From Eledone cirrhosa (Eukaryota), in the NCBI GenBank assembly GCA_964016885.1, contig OZ024745.1, positions 111,104,001 to 111,168,000 of the forward strand: a stretch of 64,000 nt of DNA, written 5' to 3'. Both the position numbers and the translations under genes were made by a program. Every line of letters begins with the position of its first letter. Positions within the stretch are counted from its first letter, which is position 1. Positions 14,720 to 27,639 of this stretch are shown piece after piece. A model generated the notes under the pieces. It saw only the letters and a program-made list of their open reading frames with translations. It did not search any database and had not been told where the DNA came from.

Positions 14720-14720
<1 letters not shown>
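14501..14720. mobile_element. Asymmetric fold-back element with head-to-head hammerhead motifs (Penelope-like pLTR derivative)
   Basis: Arms about 14502-14577 and 14580-14656, 2-nt loop, 4 mismatches in the inner 65 bp; right arm continues about 65 bp to (TA)n. Confidence 0.8.
14586..14623 (+). ncRNA. Minimal type-I hammerhead ribozyme motif (variant)
   Basis: TGAG-CTGAAGA-TCTGCGAAGGT-GAAA-C-AATT-G-TT-CTTG; palindromic stem-III loop; the mirror copy (14534-14571, minus) has perfect stem I CGAG/CTCG but a CTCAAGA core mutation. Confidence 0.6.
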
Positions 14721-14750
<30 letters not shown>

Positions 14751-15112
14751 GTGCAGAGGTTATATTTAATTTGTTGGGATACAACAAGCTTAAAAATATT
14801 TTTATAACTGATATAAAGCACTCAACAGATTATTGGAGTAAATATACAATATATTAACAAATGGAAACTATATTTATAAAACCATATTTATTTTATTATA
14901 TATATTTCAAGGGCCACTAAGGCAAATTATGGTGCGCTTTCATCAGATAAAATACAATACAGATTAGTTTTATAAATAAATATTGACATACCCTGAAAAA
15001 AGACAACCTTAACGGTTGGAGCTTCCTGGATAGTTTGCCTTGGTGGCCATTGAAATATGTATAATAAAATAAATATGGTTTTATAAATATAGTTTCCATT
15101 TGTTAATATATT
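14751..15112. mobile_element. Asymmetric fold-back element with a hammerhead, same family as 35753-36194
   Basis: Arms 14848-14926 and 15034-15112 (about 80 bp, few mismatches); flanked by (TA)n. Confidence 0.85.
14890..14953 (-). ncRNA. Minimal type-I hammerhead ribozyme
   Basis: Minus strand ATTTTAT-CTGATGA-AAGCGCACCA..TAGTGGCCCTT-GAAA-T-ATAT-A-TA/ATAAAAT; 7-bp stem I, intact core, AUA site, imperfect stem II. Confidence 0.75.
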
Positions 15113-15210
15113 ATATATATATATATATATATACTTTTTAAAACATCAGTAACAAGTGGACAAAGAGCAATATATATATATATAGTTATACTTGGGGAGG
15201 GTCATATTTG

Positions 15211-15454
15211 TGTAATATTGCCAGAATTAATAACAGAACACACTCACTGTTTGGTTGGTTTTCGCTTTTCGCTTCTGTGTCTTTTATATCGGTAATCTAA
15301 TTTATTCAGTCCTCAATGTTGCCATTGACTGACCGACAGTCAAAGATAATACAGATACAATATAGACACAAACACATATATATATAGTTTATCAAAGTTC
15401 TTTCGTTGCACATCTGCAACATCGTCAGTGGTGCTATTGTTTCCTCCCGTTACA
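15211..15454 (-). mobile_element. Solo-LTR candidate (244 bp)
   Basis: TGTAA...TTACA termini, TATAAAA on minus strand, second copy at 4335-4530; only a 3-bp flank match (TTG), so the TSD is not clean. Confidence 0.5.
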
Positions 15455-15764
15455 TTGTATGTCTACGCCATTTTTATATATATATATATATATATAGAAA
15501 TTCAGTGTATTTTTTGGTTTGGGGAGAAGTATGTGTGAGTTAGTTGGAGGTTCAGAAACTGACAAAAAAGGAAGAGTTAGTAGGATGGACAACTGGAGGA
15601 GAATATTGTGAATTATAGCTAAAGAGAGAGAGCGAGGGGTGAGAGACTGGGGGGGGGGGGGAGAGACAAAGTGGGATATATGCTGAGATGATGCTGAATA
15701 GAGCAAGACAGAAAGAGACCAAGAGAAAGAGGTAGGAAACAGGTATGTGTGTGTTATGTGTGTA

Positions 15765-15796
<32 letters not shown>

Positions 15797-16330
15797 TGTA
15801 TATTTGTATATGTGTGTATGTGTGTATATGTGTGTATGTGCATGTATGTATGTGTGCATGCATGTATGTATGTGTGTTTGTGTGGGAGGTGTGGTATTAT
15901 AACCTTGATTTGTATGTTTAGAAATATATTTGCTATATGGAGTTACATCATGCTGTTTATCAGACATTTAACTAACAAATCTGAAGCAGGTATATAGTCA
16001 ATCCACTAGAAGTGATAGTCTTCTTCATCATTATCATCATCATTATCATTGAAGGCCCCACGCAGTCACGAATGACCATTCGATTTAACCATCTATATGG
16101 GTTTCATTTTTTCACATCTGCCTATTTTCAATTGAAAGCATCGAAACTTTAGCAGAATATTACTTTAGCAGTATTGGTTATAGAGCAGTCGCCACTTTAG
16201 CAGGGTGGTTGATTGAAGGTCGTTAGTTGCCAGTGTGGTAAGTGATAGTATCCTCGTTGGATTATCTTGTTGACATAGACGTGAGGGAAGGTCCCTCGAT
16301 CTATTTACCATCTATTTACAATATTCCTTT

Positions 16331-16713
16331 CGTCAGGTCGCCAATTCCAGCAGCATGGATTAAAGATGTTATTGAGACACGAGTAACATAATAACGATTT
16401 CAACAGCAGTAATTAGAGATGAAATGTTTGTTTATTTATATGGTTGAAGTTACAGATAAAAAGAGGTTACAAAAGGGAATGTGCCATTGCGCCGTTAAGC
16501 CGGCGAGGCTAGGGGTGCAAATCTCACCGTTACATTATGCGTGTTGCTGGCTTGAAGTTTCCGGTACAAGACAGAGATTCTTCAAATCTTCGCGGGGAAT
16601 TTCTTCCTCAGGGCGCGTAGGGATACATCCTCTTCTACTGGCGCTGATTGGCTGAACTGAGCCAAATCACGCACAGAGAATGTATGTGAGCCCGCGGAAT
16701 GCAGGTCACTACA
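16331..16713 (-). mobile_element. CpG-rich LTR candidate with a tRNA-Trp-like primer-binding site (Gypsy, CsRn1-like)
   Basis: Minus strand begins TGTAGTGACC, contains CCAAT and AATAAA, then TGGCGACCTGACG (16331-16343) resembling TGGTGACCCCGACG; the LTR 3' CA end is unclear. Confidence 0.45.
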
Positions 16714-16951
16714 AAACCAATTTTAAAAAAGCTAGGATTTTTAATAATGATCACATTAGTATATATATAATAATATTATTTTTTTTAACTTTGCCTTTCA
16801 TCTTTACGGGGTCGATAAAATAAAGTACCAGTAATGTACTGGGTAATTGCTGACCTTGTGTCTAAAGTAGAAACAATTATTTTTGTAATATTGTATGTTA
16901 ACATCCAAAATAATTAAAGAATACAAATTCATTTTTTTTTATTACTATCCA

Positions 16952-17158
16952 TTTAAGGCCCCACTCGGTCATGAATGATCATGGTTTTGCACCTAGAAAG
17001 TTTCCCTCTGAGGCACAAGCCTGGGTAAGGTTTGTTTTGTGGAAGACCAGTAGTCGCCCATGCATACCAGTCTCCCCTCTCTATACCACCAATGTTGTCC
17101 AAGGAAAGGCGATGACCAATACAGCTTGGCACCAGTGACATCGCAACTCATTTCTACA
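16952..17158 (-). mobile_element. 3' part of a SINE with a different body and tail
   Basis: TTAAGGCCCCACTCGGTCATGAATGA..CTCATTTCTACA; joins the CTCATTTCTACAG block also present in S1; the tail start recurs at 16052. Confidence 0.65.
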
Positions 17159-17212
17159 TAATCATGGGACCCCAGTTTGTCAACCTCCTCACAGCAGGAC
17201 CAGATTTAGATG

Positions 17213-17385
17213 TTCCTCCAGTATACTAAGCTGAAAATGAGTACCAGCAAAAGCTGAGCAGATAACCCTGCAATGGACTAGTGTCCTGTCCAGGAGGAAG
17301 TCTTATACTCTCAGTTGCTTCATGCCATGGAAACTAGAATAAGGACCAGCCTGATGAGTCTCCAGGCTTGAGACAGACTTTAGAC
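17213..17385 (+). mobile_element. SINE family S4 (MetaSINE-like central block), partial
   Basis: AACCCTGCAATGGACTAGTGTCCTGTCCAGG..CTCTCAGTTGCTTCATGC..GGAAAC..CAGACTTT; homologous to 18617-18893 and 34650-34795; superfamily name from recall. Confidence 0.6.
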
Positions 17386-17867
17386 ATTTAGGATGTAATC
17401 TGAGATAGATTTGGTTGCTACTTTTTATAGCAAGTTACGTAACCATGTAGAAGCTTCCTTATTGGCTATTTCTATTTATTGGGCAACAATATATTCTGAG
17501 GAAATAACTGACAGATTGCATTGGCACAAAGAAATGGAAATAGTTGACACATGGATTAAATTTTATGTAGGGAGTCAGAAGTGAACCCTTTGAAAGAGGT
17601 TGGAAGTATAAGAGATGGTGAGGGAGAGTGATGTGAAAGGAGACAGAGAGTTGTCTGGAAAGAGAGAAAGAAAGGGTGGTGTGGAGAGGGAGAGAGATAT
17701 AGAGAGAGATACTAGAAGAGGAGGGAGAAATAGGGTAGAAGATGAAAAGGGAGCTATAATCCTATCCGATCTAGTCTTCTAGATTCAGGAGAGAGAGAGG
17801 GGGGGGAGAGAGAGAGAGAGAGAGAGAGAGACGAGTGCTTATTAATGTGTTGTAATATTTATTGATT

Positions 17868-18052
17868 CTTGAAATGCCACATGGTTATTCAATTTGTTTG
17901 AAATAGCAACCAAATCTCCCTTGAACCATGACCCACTGTCTTAAAAAAGAAAGGACACATTGACTAGTATTGTCCTAGAAGCTTGTCACAGCTAGAACAC
18001 TTTTGGTTATAGGTCTGCAACATCAGGCCTGACTTGAGGCTAAGTAACAACT
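17868..18052. repeat. Old dispersed repeat; related pieces at about 2604-2790, 17387-17468, 25365-25575, 26705-26890, 33830-33965, 62628-62800
   Basis: Recurring motifs GAAATAGCAGCCAAATCTCCC / GGACACATTGGATAATGT / TCATAGGTCTGC on either strand. Confidence 0.55.
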
Positions 18053-18616
18053 TATTTGTTAGGTTTATATTTTGTCAGTATTATAATGTCAGACAGAACT
18101 TTACACTGTTCAGTGTGTAAGACAGGACGACATATTATGTCACATGACTTACTGTAAAGAGCAGACACCATATCATATGATCAATAGACATGAGAAGAAA
18201 CATTATTATTTTATTTTGTTTGTTTCTTATTTATGTATGTTTGTTTTTATGATTATGTCACATTTGTAATTTCATTTTGATGATAACTTTTATATTAAAC
18301 GAAATATATTAGAAAAGAAATTAAAAAAATGTGTGTTTTTTCTTCATTGTTGACAGGGGCAAACAGTGACCCCCATAAATCTAGTTTTTAATAAACTTTT
18401 AAAATCTTTACCAATGTATTTTCATTAATATTTAGTGATAACATTGACATGGTAATTATAAGGATGAGAATTGATTGTTATGTTAGTGGCAGGAAAGAAA
18501 ATTTGATAATTTTAATAGATACGGCAGTGACAAGCAGAACTAGTAGATTGTAAAACAAAATAGCTTATAATATTTGGTGACATCCTGAGTTCAAATGCTG
18601 GGTGAGCACTCATCTA

Positions 18617-18893
18617 AAGTCTGTCTTAAGCCAGAAAAGCTTGTTAGGCTGGTGCTTATCTCGGTTTCATGGCGTGAAGTGACTGAGAGTACAAGACTCC
18701 CCCATGGAAAAGACACCAGTCCATCACAGGGTTAAACCCCCAGCTATTGCTGGTACTCATTCTCAGCTGAGTATACAGAAGCAACGTGAAATGAAGTATT
18801 TTGCTCTAGAATACAACATGCAACCCAGCCCAGGAATCGAACTCACATTATGATTGTAAGTCCAACACCCTTACCACTAGGCCACACACCCCC
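18617..18893 (-). mobile_element. Near full-length SINE S4
   Basis: Minus tRNA head GTGTGGCCTAGTGG..GAGTTCGATTCC, then AACCCTGTGATGGACTGGTGTC..GAAACCGAG..AGACAGACTTT. Confidence 0.75.
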
Positions 18894-19586
18894 CACATAC
18901 AATAATTCTAAGGCAGAGTTTAAGAATAAGCATATAACTATGAATTTTTCTAAATCTGAGAGTGCACTATTGAAAAGTAGAGAAGCAGTGCTATCTAGTG
19001 CTCATGCCCCCACCTGTTAATCAATAGAAGCATAAGAACTCAATATGAAACATAGAGTGAAAAAAAAATAATAGATGCTGAAACCACCCACAAGCTTCTG
19101 AAGCTGGATGCAATGTATATATATATATATATAATGTATGTTTAGAAAGTGGTGAGAAGATTTTGAAAATTGAATTAGAAAACTTTGCTGTAATTTTGAC
19201 TGAATAGAATAGTCTAACAATAAGGGGTCACATAAACCCACTAAATGGAAATTATATGCATACATAAGTAATCTGAAATTTCACATCAAAGAGTTTAGGA
19301 CTGACTTTAGCAAGTATCCTATTGTGAAACACTTCAAGTCTCCCTGAAAAAAACCTAGTTACAAATTACTAAAAGTCTACATTATTGTAGAAAATACTAA
19401 TAACAAAACTCATGTAAATACTCTTGGAAATGTTTATGACAAAATGAATGCTAGCGTGGAAGACAGACGTTAAACGATGATGATGATGAATGCTCCACAT
19501 CGAAAGGCAAGTCGTTCAGTTTTCTCTCCTGCATATTATTTAACACTGAATGACAAGCCATAAACTGATCACTTTTAAAATAAAAT

Positions 19587-19740
19587 AATAATAGTAATGA
19601 AATTATTGTGTACAGTGCTCAGGTGCACTACAACTTACCAAAGGTGCATGTATAGTACATAGAATAATGTACAAATGTCAGGAAAGTGAACAGTGTATGA
19701 GTCATGATATACATGTGTGCGTGTGTATGGAAGGGGAATT
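19587..19740 (-). mobile_element. CR1-type LINE 3' UTR fragment
   Basis: Reverse complement of 47135-47280. Confidence 0.75.
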
Positions 19741-19872
19741 TTATATTCTGGAACTTCACAAGATAAAAAATGGTAGTAACATTAGACTTGGATCTCATCC
19801 CTAGACTAGTGTCTCAGACATAATTAATCACATTAATACAAACTTACTAGCAGGGAAAATGGACATTTAACA

Positions 19873-19991
19873 ATGATGATGATGATGATAAAGATGTTGA
19901 TAATGTTGAAGGTGATGGTGAAAGTAATGGTGATAGTGGTGGTGTTGGTGATGATGGTTATGGTAATTATGATGATGATGATGATGGTAAA

Positions 19992-20034
<43 letters not shown>

Positions 20035-20156
20035 GTGATGATAATGGTGTTGATAATGTTGAAGATGGTGGTGAAGGTAATCGTAGTGGTGGTGGTGGTG
20101 ATGATGGTAATGATGATGATGGTAATGATGATGATGGTAATGATGATGATGGTAAA

Positions 20157-20207
<51 letters not shown>

Positions 20208-20250
20208 AACGGTAATGATTATGATTATGATAGCAAAAATGATGATGATG
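19873..20250. repeat. (ATG/GTG)n trinucleotide array
   Basis: Direct reading. Confidence 0.95.
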
Positions 20251-20817
20251 AAAAATTTACCAGCTTATCAAACAGATAGCTACCAAAATGTGTTCTCATT
20301 GATGAATCAATAAGTTTGAGATTTAAGACTTCCCTAATAGTTTATATGAAATGTGAAATGTATAAGGAAAGTGATCACCATTTTATATTTTTAAACCTAG
20401 TATTTTCTAGTGATAGGATAAATATAATGCTTGGTATTAAGTCTGGTTTGCAACAGTTTTAAGTATTGTTAACCTGATGCAGAATGGGATAATATCTGCT
20501 GGAAGCCAACAAATATAATATACATATAACATAACAACTGCTAGGTGCACATACAACTTGCATATGCATATTGCAACTTGTAATGTACTTTTCTTGGAGT
20601 TCCAGAAACCAAATCAATCTGGTCTAGGTTAGTTTTATATATCATGGTTACATACACATAGTCGATATATTCATGGTGCCATCCTTATATAACTTTATGA
20701 GTTAACTCTGAGTGAGACATTTATTAACTTTTTGCACCATTCAGTGCTTTGTGACTACCTCCTACTATTCAATTGGTACCTTCCCTATTGCAGGCAGCTA
20801 CAACTTTGATTTATACC

Positions 20818-20854
<37 letters not shown>

Positions 20855-20947
20855 TCATCATCGTTTAATGTCCATCTCCCACGCTAGCAACACACACACA
20901 CACATATATATATATCATGGTGGGTATATAATATATATGTGTGTGCG

Positions 20948-21072
<125 letters not shown>

Positions 21073-21234
21073 GTGTGTGTATGTATATAATAAGGAGTAG
21101 GAATGAGGTATCAAAATATCATCATTATGTTTATTCACATGTGATGCACATTTCATGATTGATCAGCTCAAGGCACAATCAGTATTGATCATGACCAATT
21201 CTGGAATTGAGAGCTCATCAGACTCCTGGTTTCC

Positions 21235-21472
21235 TTAATCCTTTAGTGTTCAAACTGGCCAAAACCTGCCAAAACCAGCCAGAATTCTCTACCTCTTTCT
21301 GTTGAAACTGACTGTAACTGGTCGCTCAAACTGATGTTATGGTATTGTTCTCAAAATAAATACTTTCAAAATCTCATAGGTGAGATATTAATTGAGATAA
21401 TTATGTGAGGTAAAGCCTTTACCATGAAAATATAATAGTATATATAGAGTAATGTGAATGTTAAAGGGTTAA
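21235..21472 (-). mobile_element. piggyBac-type MITE family 1, full length
   Basis: TTAA-TCCTTTAG...TTAAAGGG-TTAA. Confidence 0.85.
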
Positions 21473-21617
21473 TGATGTGTTTTCCTTAATAATAATATAT
21501 ATATATATATAAGCATGGAAAAGGGGACATAAAAAGGACATAAAAGGACATAAAAAGGACATAAAAGGACATAAAAAGGACATAAAAAGGATGATGATGA
21601 TATATGTGTGTGTATGT

Positions 21618-21654
<37 letters not shown>

Positions 21655-23161
21655 CATATATGTATATGTATGCGTGTTCAGGTGTGCACATATGTCTCCA
21701 CATATCTTCCAATTGGAACAGCAGATTTGTGACCCTCATAAGCAAAAAGTTCAATAGCTCAGTGGCTTGACATGTAAATACCAGTGAAATAATGTACCTT
21801 ACATAAAAATAAGTAAGAGTTAGCATTGAGAAAGGTATCCAGTTATAGAATACTACTTCCAGAAAGTCTATTGTCTAACATGACAATATTGAAAACATAA
21901 ACATGATAACTATAATGATGAAGATTATAATGATGATACACAATTTTGGTTGTTCAGAGCTGATTGAAAGTTAATGTTGACAAGGGAAGACACCTTAGCA
22001 GGGGACAATTAGTTAATTCTAACATAAATTAATTCTCAATATTAAAGTGTCAAATTTGACTATTTACAAATAAACAGCAACTGATAACAGATATATTACT
22101 ATCAGTGTATAAGTACTTCTTCCATGTCATCAATGATTATTATTACGTGTGAATGAGATAGTTTCATTTCATGTAGATAACTGAAGTCAACTGCAAATCT
22201 TGTAAGATTTCCATTGCTGGTAAGTAAGACTGTTTATTGACATTTACCAATGATTCATCATCTCTTGCCACCACATTCAATATTATAAGGGACAGTCTGC
22301 TTCATGGTCCTGGCCAGCAGGATTTGTGATCTTGAATAATGTAATCCTCAACAGAACAACTGGTGTAATTACATGTTCAGCACTTTTGATTGCTCACAGG
22401 GAATATAAGTTAGTTGTACAGAATGTACAAAATGTAAGGCTCATTCTATAGATTGGTAGAAATGATAGTGAAGAAAAAATAACTAGAAATTGTTTTAATA
22501 AAGAGTAATACAGAAAAACTTCTAATGTTACTAACAAATGATGTAATTTTCTCTATAAAATATTTGATAGACAATTTCATATATTGTCTTTTGGCAAGAT
22601 AAAAAAAACAAAGAGATGAATTTGTCATACTAGATATACAATATAAATCTAACAGAAAGTTAGATTCTACAAGTCAAACATAAAAAAGTCTAAAATCTGA
22701 AAAAGCTACTAATACTCTTCATTGAGAAAAAATAGTCAATAAAATTCATAAAATATAACTTTATCTGCCATGAAGAAAATGTGAGTTAATATGTTTCTAG
22801 CAAACCCTCCTTTGAAGAAATAAAAATCCATGTTCCTTCCTTTGAAGAAATTCTGCCGAAAATGTCAAATCATTGAAAAAATAAGAATTACCAGAGAAAT
22901 AAAAATTTGTTTTTATTTCTCTGATAAAGGGCAGTGTCTAAATAACCAAAATGAAATGCATCTTACAAGAACTCAAACTTATCTTATTTATTAAGATAGT
23001 TGTGGGAAAGCAAATGAAGAAATAATTGACATTTCAAATATATTATACAGAAGCTTGCTTCTAGAAGAAAATGTATCCTTGCCCAAAGGAAGAGAAATTA
23101 TGATGTGAAATTGTTACAAATATGATAGTTTCTTCTAAATATGAAAGTTTTCTTCTATGTC

Positions 23162-23393
23162 TTAACCATTTAGCTACCATTCCATCCATTTCATTCTATG
23201 AAATAAAACCACTCATTTTAAAGGTTTCCAATTTAAATTAAAATCTTCCAACATAATTCTATATAAGAACCTTATATTAAGTTACTATCTTAGTAATGAA
23301 ATAATTAATAATCTAAGTAAATCCCTCAAAATTCTTCATTAATTAATTGAAATAGAGTCTATTTCATTAGAAATGTGGTCATGAAAGGGCTAA
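23162..23393. mobile_element. Old TTAA-type MITE family 2 (related copies about 49275-49493, 49510-49660, 53487-53560)
   Basis: TTAACCATTT...GAAAGGGCTAA termini; shared ATTAGAAAT.TGG near the right end. Confidence 0.5.
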
Positions 23394-25949
23394 GGGTTTG
23401 CTTACACTTTTTCTAGTTAGATGATAATTCTTCAAAAGAACATTTGATAGCCATATTTACCGTATGAGATAACTAAATACTATTTCAAGCTTTTATCTAA
23501 TATTAGCTAACTTTTATTAACTATATTCTTGCACAAACGTTTTTGTAGAGAGCCATGTACTCTGTTCAGGTCAGGCTTTGAGTGGTTGGCAACTAAACCG
23601 GCTCCCGAGAGTAAGTGGAGCTTCAGTCACACTAAAAACAAAAGCTGTTAAAAGGGTGGATAAACTCCTCAGAGTTAATGACCATCATGGTGAGTGGAGC
23701 TACACTCCTGACATGACCAAAACCACACAGAAAGTAGTAGAGGTCAACTAGGGAGGGGTTCCTCCAACAGGAGTAAAAAGACCCTGGATTGCATAGGATT
23801 GGATGTACTGAGTATACTCTATTTTTCAATTTCAAATTGTGACTATTTCAAAGGAACAAAAATAGTAAGAACAAAAACTGTTTCTAAAACATTTGATGTT
23901 CGTTTAAAACAGTTCAACTCAAATTAGTCATCAATTAATATGCTTCATCATCAAACTGCCTCGTCTCTCAGTAAAAAGATGCTTGTAAAATAATTCATCA
24001 TGTTATAAAAGGATTCACAATTAAGCCAATGATGATAAATTGATTTTGATAAATTAACTATATCACTGCTTGCCAAATGAGTGCATGTTTTAATTTTCAC
24101 TGAATAAAGAACTTCAGAAAGTTTTAGATAACCAAAAAATATCAAGAAGCTGTCAATTTAGTTCTTCATGTTCTTTTAATAATTATATTAATATATTATT
24201 TTAAATTATATTAAAAAACATTCATTTTAGTTTCTTGTTACTAATAAACATTGAACTAACTGATAATTGGCACATACACACACATATATATATATATGTT
24301 TATATATATTTATTAAAATAACAGATTAAAGTTTAAGCAAAGAATCGCTGCTTTCACCCTTAACGGGATCTTCTGAAATTAAAAAAAATCAATCTGTGAA
24401 TGCAGAAGTAAATATTTCGAAAACGTTGCAACCGAAGGACAACAGGAAGACGATACTTTGGTTCGCGAAGACGTTCCCAGGCAATGAACGGAAAAAAGCA
24501 AAGATAATACGCCGTTATGTGGAGCGCTGAGAACAATTACACACAAAGACAGAACCATGTTTATGGTATAAATGAAGTCGTAGACTAATATTCTTTTTAG
24601 GAAACCGAATGATTCTCGGCTTCAGAGTTAAGAATAAAATAAATAAATAACCACTAGGTCACACAACTCTACTGAAATATAAGCTATTGTATAAATCTAT
24701 GAACAATATCTTTCTCATAAAGTGTGATTACATATAAAGTGTGATATAAAGTGTGATTACATTACATGTAAATCATGCATTAGTAGATGTGTGACATTGT
24801 TATTTAGAAAAATAAAGCATTCTTATTCTTGACTGGATATACATGAACATTTTGTTTTGATACTGCTTGATAAATTGTAACAATCTGAAAATATTGCAAT
24901 TCATTAGAAAACTGAATCTGTTTAGAAGGCCATAAATACTCTCCTGTTGTCTTCATTCTCCTTTTCTATATTTTCATTTCACTTTTTCTTTCCTTTTCTC
25001 TCTTTTATCATACATTCACACTCTTTCTCTCTCTTTTGAATTTATCTCTCATTTAAATTCCTCTCATCAGTTGTATTAACAAAGCATAAGCCTTTAGCTA
25101 TTTCATAGATTTACAAATCATTAAATTCAGTTGTATTTAATGAAAGGTATTGCAAGAAGATTGCAGTCAAAGCAGCAGAACATAATTTGAGAGAGTAAAC
25201 TAAGACAGTTTATGTGGTGTAAAATAAATATGTTATTAAATAAATACTGCTATTGTATCTCAATGTTTGTCTTTATATATTTGGTTTCCTACAGGAGGTA
25301 GTGTTTTATATCAACTTAATTCATTATTTCACTGAATTGATTTAAAACAAAAATGATAAATATATCTGATCCACTCTGATATTTCCCTTTACACTTCAAC
25401 TGCTAAAAAAAGCAGCAAAATCATCGTAAATATTATATCTACTATTGAACACAAAAAAGATACATTTAATAATATAGTTCTATATACAAAACCCTAAAAA
25501 AGACAAGCTGATAAGGACTAGAATGCCTTTTATCATATTCCTGCTTAATCAAGTCTGACCTATAGCTAAACAACAATAATTAAACCCTATACTATTAATT
25601 TTTAAAAAAGCATAGAGTAGAAGAGAAAAGGAGAGACAGCAAGGGAGAGAGAGTGAAGATATAGAGCGAGAAAAAGAGAGGGCAAGAGGGAGAAGGGACA
25701 GAGAGCAAAAACAATAAGATTTTAGAAAAGTCTGTTTGTGCATGTGTAAAGGATATTTATGTATTAAAAAGTCCAAATTATAAAAATTTGTTCAAAATAT
25801 TTTCTAGCGAACACATAAATAATACCAATGACAATGTAAATGTAGAAAAACAGTGTAACTATAAGGTATAAGATCGTTTCTGGGCAATTCTTATGAATGA
25901 AGTACATAACCCAGCTAGGTAGATTTGTCTCTCTATATCAGAAATGCTG

Positions 25950-26620
25950 TCAAATCATGTTATCCAATAACCTCCAAATAAACAATTGTTTATCAGAAGT
26001 TGTGTTGCTACTGTACAGGCAAAGAGTACATAGAACATATGAACAAAATACATGCCATCACTAACTGGAATGCATTCATATGCAGAAGTAAAACTCTGAT
26101 TAAGAAGAATATCAAAAGAATAGATGTTTTCTGTAAATTTCCTATACTCTCCTTCTGACAAATGCAGTCATCAATTCTGATTCTTTAATAAGATCCTTTT
26201 TAACCTTACTTAATCCTATTCAACTTTGATGACTCTGGAGACAAAAGCATAACACTTGTAACATTCTACCACATTTACATGCATTCTTTGCTTTTAACTC
26301 TACATGACATATAAAGAAGGTGATAAACTTCATTTCTTCTATGAGGACTCCATTATCCCCTCACATAGTCCACTTAAAACTAACCACATAGAATAGAAAC
26401 TGCTTGACTATTCACTGAATAGCAAAATGTATTTAGACCTCTCATCCAACATCATCACTCTATCAAGTATGATGTACATTGTGACTCAGACCTCTCATTC
26501 AACCTTTGCTTTTACATTGCAGTCAAATTGATTATACCACCTGACAGCTATGTTTTCTCTACTATACACAACCACCTATCATACATAACCTTCTATCAAA
26601 ATTGAGTGTTGTTCATGAAT
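25950..26620 (+). mobile_element. Ancient CR1/Jockey-group LINE fragment
   Basis: Broken-frame remnants resembling 30360-30690 (LY..CH..WNA..RRI.K); heavily decayed. Confidence 0.35.
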
Positions 26621-27639
26621 GAAGGACTTTAAAGCATTTTTGATTGTGTGTAACCCATATTGTCTCATTTAAAAGTAGGTAAACAAGCCTACAAAATATA
26701 GAGGGGGGTTCTCTATCTAGTTATTTGATATACTGAAAACAACAGCGAAATCTTACTCAATTCCACATCTTACTATCTTAAAATAGTAAGGTCATATTGG
26801 ATATTGTAGTCCATGATATATAATGTCTGAAAATCTAAAGACAAGATGGACTTGGTGAGAATGTTCAATCAGAGCTAACCTTGTTTCACAATTGAAACAA
26901 TAACCCACAAAATGGTATTGTCTCTTCTCGTGAGCTAAGAATGTTTGAACTCTAATATTCATTTATAAGGATTTTTTTAAATAAATTTGTATATTTATAC
27001 TTATGTCAAAGTTGTAGATTTAGCAGAGCCTGTAACAACAACCAGCATACATTATTGTACAGGAAATGAGGGCAATAAATATTTTGTAGCTAGACCAAGG
27101 AAGAATTTGAAGAAGTTTAGGGTTAGGGAATAAAAATGTTTCTCTCTGCATAAAAGTAAACTGCACAAAACATATATAAAAAATGTTGTCCATAAGACCT
27201 AAATCAACCCTAATCCAACAGACCTATGGTCAAAGGCATTTCAGATTTGATTATATAAGTTTTACCTCCACCCCTATAATTTTACAAGTAACAAGATCAC
27301 TTTCACCCTCTCTCTGCTGGCAGCAAGGAGGTTTTAAGATCCAAATGAATATTTAAATAATTAAGTCTTTTCAATAAATACAATGGTTATAACATGTAAT
27401 TTTAAAGTTGTAGCTTTGCCTTCTTTGTAGAAAATATGGTTATGATAAAATATGAACAAAGTAGACAGCTTTTGGTGTTTGTTTATGAAAGCATAATTGA
27501 ACATGATGGCTAATCTCAGGTTATCTGAATATAACCACTGGTAAACTTACATAAATGCTTTATTCCCTGTGTACCAGTATGACCAGATAACAATATACTT
27601 TATATAAAGCAACGATAAGCCAAATCAACTAATGAAATG

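Noticed and set aside
17351-17380. CTGATGA-GTCTC..GAGAC as a hammerhead
   Set aside because: It is followed by AGAC rather than GAAA, has no stem I or III, and is the ordinary 3' hairpin of SINE S4.
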